Virus record (IMG/VR): IMGVR_UViG_3300044980_000010
Span: 1 to 64,000 of that record
Direction: 5' to 3' (one strand)
Origin: a virus
Length of the DNA: 64,000 bases
Positions 61,466 through 64,000 of the stretch are shown in pieces (position 1 is the stretch's first letter; the number at the start of each line of letters is the position of its first letter). The position numbers and the translations under genes are program-made. The notes under the pieces were generated by a model, which was given only the letters and a program-made list of their open reading frames with translations, ran no database searches and was not told where the DNA came from.

Positions 61466-64000
61466 TTAGCGTACGCTTCCGAGTGGCGACTTCTTTTTCT
61501 TCTCACCAAGTTTGGTTAGACCAGACTCTTCATTCTCGAAGTCTGCTGGGTCGAACCGAGTCGCTTCATCACGGGGTTGGATCGTGTGTCCCGCGCCGGG
61601 GTTGTTTCGGTGCTCGAAGGCTGGGTTTTCTTTGAAGAGATTTCCTTGGACGCTTTTCGGTTCGGGGATTGCTCCTCGCCCTCTAGCTTCTTCGATGCGA
61701 TCCCTAAGTTGCCCAACACTGTGAGCAGTAGTTGGCGAACCTCTGCCGGAGACTTGGGGCTTTTCTCCGATGGCTTCGAGTTTGCTGTCGAGTTGTTCAA
61801 GATTGACTCCTAGTCCTTTCAGAAGGTCTCGGGTTTCGAGATCGTTTGCAAGAAGGTCTTTGAAGTCCTCGGAGTAATGACGTACCAACTCTGGGTCTTC
61901 TGTTCCCTTCTCGGTTAAGGCTTGCGTGAATGACCAGATTGCGGCTTGCGCTTCTTCTGGCTCCCAACCCAGTTCTTCGGCTGCTGCGCGAGTTGCAACG
62001 GACAGTGGGTGATAGTTCTCCGGCTTCGACAGTGCTGATTTGTCGATGCCTCCGAACAGTCCCATCCAGCTATCGTTCGTTACGTGCTTCGTACCCGTGC
62101 TCTTGCCGTCGATCCATTTTCTCAAGTTCTCCGCGAAGGATGGTGCCTTGAATGCCTGATTCTTCGTCAGGTCCGGCCACATCGGTTCTCCGTTAAGAGC
62201 CTTGATGATGTTGGGCACCTTGGTCTCAGGGAGGGTGAGATTCTTCAACAAAAGATTCTCAGCTTTCCACTTGGGTCCGGTAGGTGCGTAGTCCCAGTGC
62301 ATTGAGGCACCTTTTGCCATGCCTCGTGCTCTTGGGCTACCATCTTCTTTCCACGCTTTGTCAGTCTCTTCACCAAACTTCTTCCACTTATCCAGATCGA
62401 ACTTCGGACGACCAGCGTCGTTCCATTCTTTCCAGAAGCCAAGGGTCTCACGCAGGTTCATTGCTACGGACTGCTGTGGTGAACTGCCAGCCAGCACGCC
62501 CATGAACTTTTGCTTGTCACCCTCTTTGAAGTAGTCCGGTGCCTCTTCATGCATTGCGTCGAATGCCGCTGTGCTGCGGCTATACCATTTTCTAGCGCCT
62601 TCGCCCTGCTTGGCAATGTCCACATATTCTTGGACTGTCGGGATGTCCACCATGTTCTTGACGAACTTCTCGGTGCCAGCGTTGCGCGGTTTACCTGTTG
62701 CAGTGGTAGTGATGCTTGCCTTCTCTTCTGGTGTCAGGTGTTCTTGTGCCAGATCGGGGAGACGTTCCTGCAACTGCTCCGGCGTAAGGGGTGTGCCCTT
62801 CGCCATTTTCGTTCCTGCCTTAGCAGAGCCTACGCTTTGCTCACCACCGGGACCAGTTCCGCCCTCGCGGTACTTGTCCATATCCACAGTGTACTGTACC
62901 TGACCGTCTTTGAAGTCCTTCTTGGTGATGGCTTCAGGATAGTCAGCAGCCAACTTAGACCAGACGCCTTTCTCGGCGTTGGAGTTGCTGATGTCACTGC
63001 GTACAGTGTGAGTATCTTCGCTCACGCTGTCCAGAAGGTGCTTCATTTGGTCGTAGCCTCTGCCAGCACCTCTCAGGTTCTTGTCATACACCTGATCGGA
63101 TCGAACAGTGACTTCGCCATCAGCCGTGTCTTGTGCAGACACTTCACCAATCTTCTTTCCGCTGTCATCTTTTGTGGTGACACGGTGTTGTTGGTTGCTG
63201 TTCTCGATGCCCTCTGGTTTATGCTCGTAGGTCAAATCCTCGGCATGTCGGTTGGTGGCTTGATACGTGGGCTTTGTGCGCGGTTCCTCTTCCTTGTCGA
63301 AGTCCACAGACACGCTGAATGGCTTTCCAGCCACGGTGCTGTGATAGTCCTGCTTCTCTGCCTCTGGACTCTCTAAGATTCCAGTGGAAGGATGAACAGT
63401 GTTCTTCGCTAGGTCGTGAATACCCTGCTTCGTCATCACAGAGGCTTGGCCGAACTTGCGGCTAACCTTTGCGGCGTCTTCAGGCGTAATGTCAGGAACG
63501 AAGAATGAGTTCTCCTTCTGTCCCTCTACATCTTTCACGTGGCCTTCGATTGGTGTGGGCTTGTAGCCCATCTTCTCCAACTCTGCCTTCATCTCTCGGT
63601 TCTTCTGCGCGTTCTGCTCAGGTGTCGCTCTTTCGTTGTTCGGGTTCTCGGCGGTGAGGAGAGCGTAGTCCTTACCAGACTTGATGTGGTCGATCACAGC
63701 TTTCGGATCGGGCGCATCTTCGTTGAATCGCTCAGGAAGTATTCCCGCCTTCTGCTCAGGAAACTCATTGCCGCCGTTGAAGAAGGCAGCTACTTGTCCT
63801 TTGGTCTCAGTGGTCATGGCAGGGATGGCTTCTTTGCTCATCGTCTGGCGGTGAGTGTCAAATGCGTTTTGCTCACCTTTCTCGCTGAAGTCGTTGTCAT
63901 GCATCAGGTGCCCAATGGCATCATGCACGGCGCGGAACATCACGTTATACGTCTCTCCAGTCTTGGGGTCAACTTGTGCCAGCGGGTGATCCTTCGGTAG
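61466..64000 (-). CDS. Large multidomain polyvalent-type protein (5' truncated by window)
   Basis: FRAVHD.IGH segment; LLTAENP (DUF3293-like); GNAT-like LRGAGRG; KWY...LA.SSPQ.SV..N...VT.D.WM glycosylase-like domain. Confidence 0.6.
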   Translation of the reverse strand, partial: LPKDHPLAQVDPKTGETYNVMFRAVHDAIGHLMHDNDFSEKGEQNAFDTHRQTMSKEAIPAMTTETKGQVAAFFNGGNEFPEQKAGILPERFNEDAPDPKAVIDHIKSGKDYALLTAENPNNERATPEQNAQKNREMKAELEKMGYKPTPIEGHVKDVEGQKENSFFVPDITPEDAAKVSRKFGQASVMTKQGIHDLAKNTVHPSTGILESPEAEKQDYHSTVAGKPFSVSVDFDKEEEPRTKPTYQATNRHAEDLTYEHKPEGIENSNQQHRVTTKDDSGKKIGEVSAQDTADGEVTVRSDQVYDKNLRGAGRGYDQMKHLLDSVSEDTHTVRSDISNSNAEKGVWSKLAADYPEAITKKDFKDGQVQYTVDMDKYREGGTGPGGEQSVGSAKAGTKMAKGTPLTPEQLQERLPDLAQEHLTPEEKASITTTATGKPRNAGTEKFVKNMVDIPTVQEYVDIAKQGEGARKWYSRSTAAFDAMHEEAPDYFKEGDKQKFMGVLAGSSPQQSVAMNLRETLGFWKEWNDAGRPKFDLDKWKKFGEETDKAWKEDGSPRARGMAKGASMHWDYAPTGPKWKAENLLLKNLTLPETKVPNIIKALNGEPMWPDLTKNQAFKAPSFAENLRKWIDGKSTGTKHVTNDSWMGLFGGIDKSALSKPENYHPLSVATRAAAEELGWEPEEAQAAIWSFTQALTEKGTEDPELVRHYSEDFKDLLANDLETRDLLKGLGVNLEQLDSKLEAIGEKPQVSGRGSPTTAHSVGQLRDRIEEARGRGAIPEPKSVQGNLFKENPAFEHRNNPGAGHTIQPRDEATRFDPADFENEESGLTKLGEKKKKSPLGSVR

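Noticed and set aside
1-64000. Stop-codon reassignment
   Set aside because: Long conserved genes are intact in code 11, all three stops end real genes, and no suppressor tRNA was seen

Overview
A 64-kb slice of a large dsDNA tailed bacteriophage genome, standard genetic code. The host is possibly Acidobacteriota (inference only). Layout: 1-4340 is the end of a + strand operon (MazG-like, DUF4326, RNase H, small ORFs). About 4470-7480 is a mostly non-coding hub with two divergent endonuclease VII-like genes, a TTCGC-N6-TTCGC repeat array and a candidate large structured RNA. About 7500-19470 holds early-type small genes punctuated by long RNA stems, plus an L7/L12-CTD protein, PRTase, DNA ligase, RtcB and a deaminase. 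About 19500-50330 is a replication/recombination/nucleotide-metabolism block (ParB-like, exonuclease, SF2 helicase, primase-helicase, RNA ligase, RuvC, RecA, HD and HAD phosphatases, lysozyme, Clp-type ATPase, Acb2/Tad1-like fusion). 50400-64000 is a - strand block with 7 tRNAs, lysis/membrane, metabolic and virion genes. The most striking locus is 25197-26164: a LAGLIDADG gene running into a circularly permuted (two-piece) tmRNA whose tag ends in -AAAGR rather than -AA, followed by a 166-nt tRNA-shaped RNA whose anticodon loop is replaced by an ~100-nt structured domain. All calls come from motif reading by eye; no database search or folding program was run.
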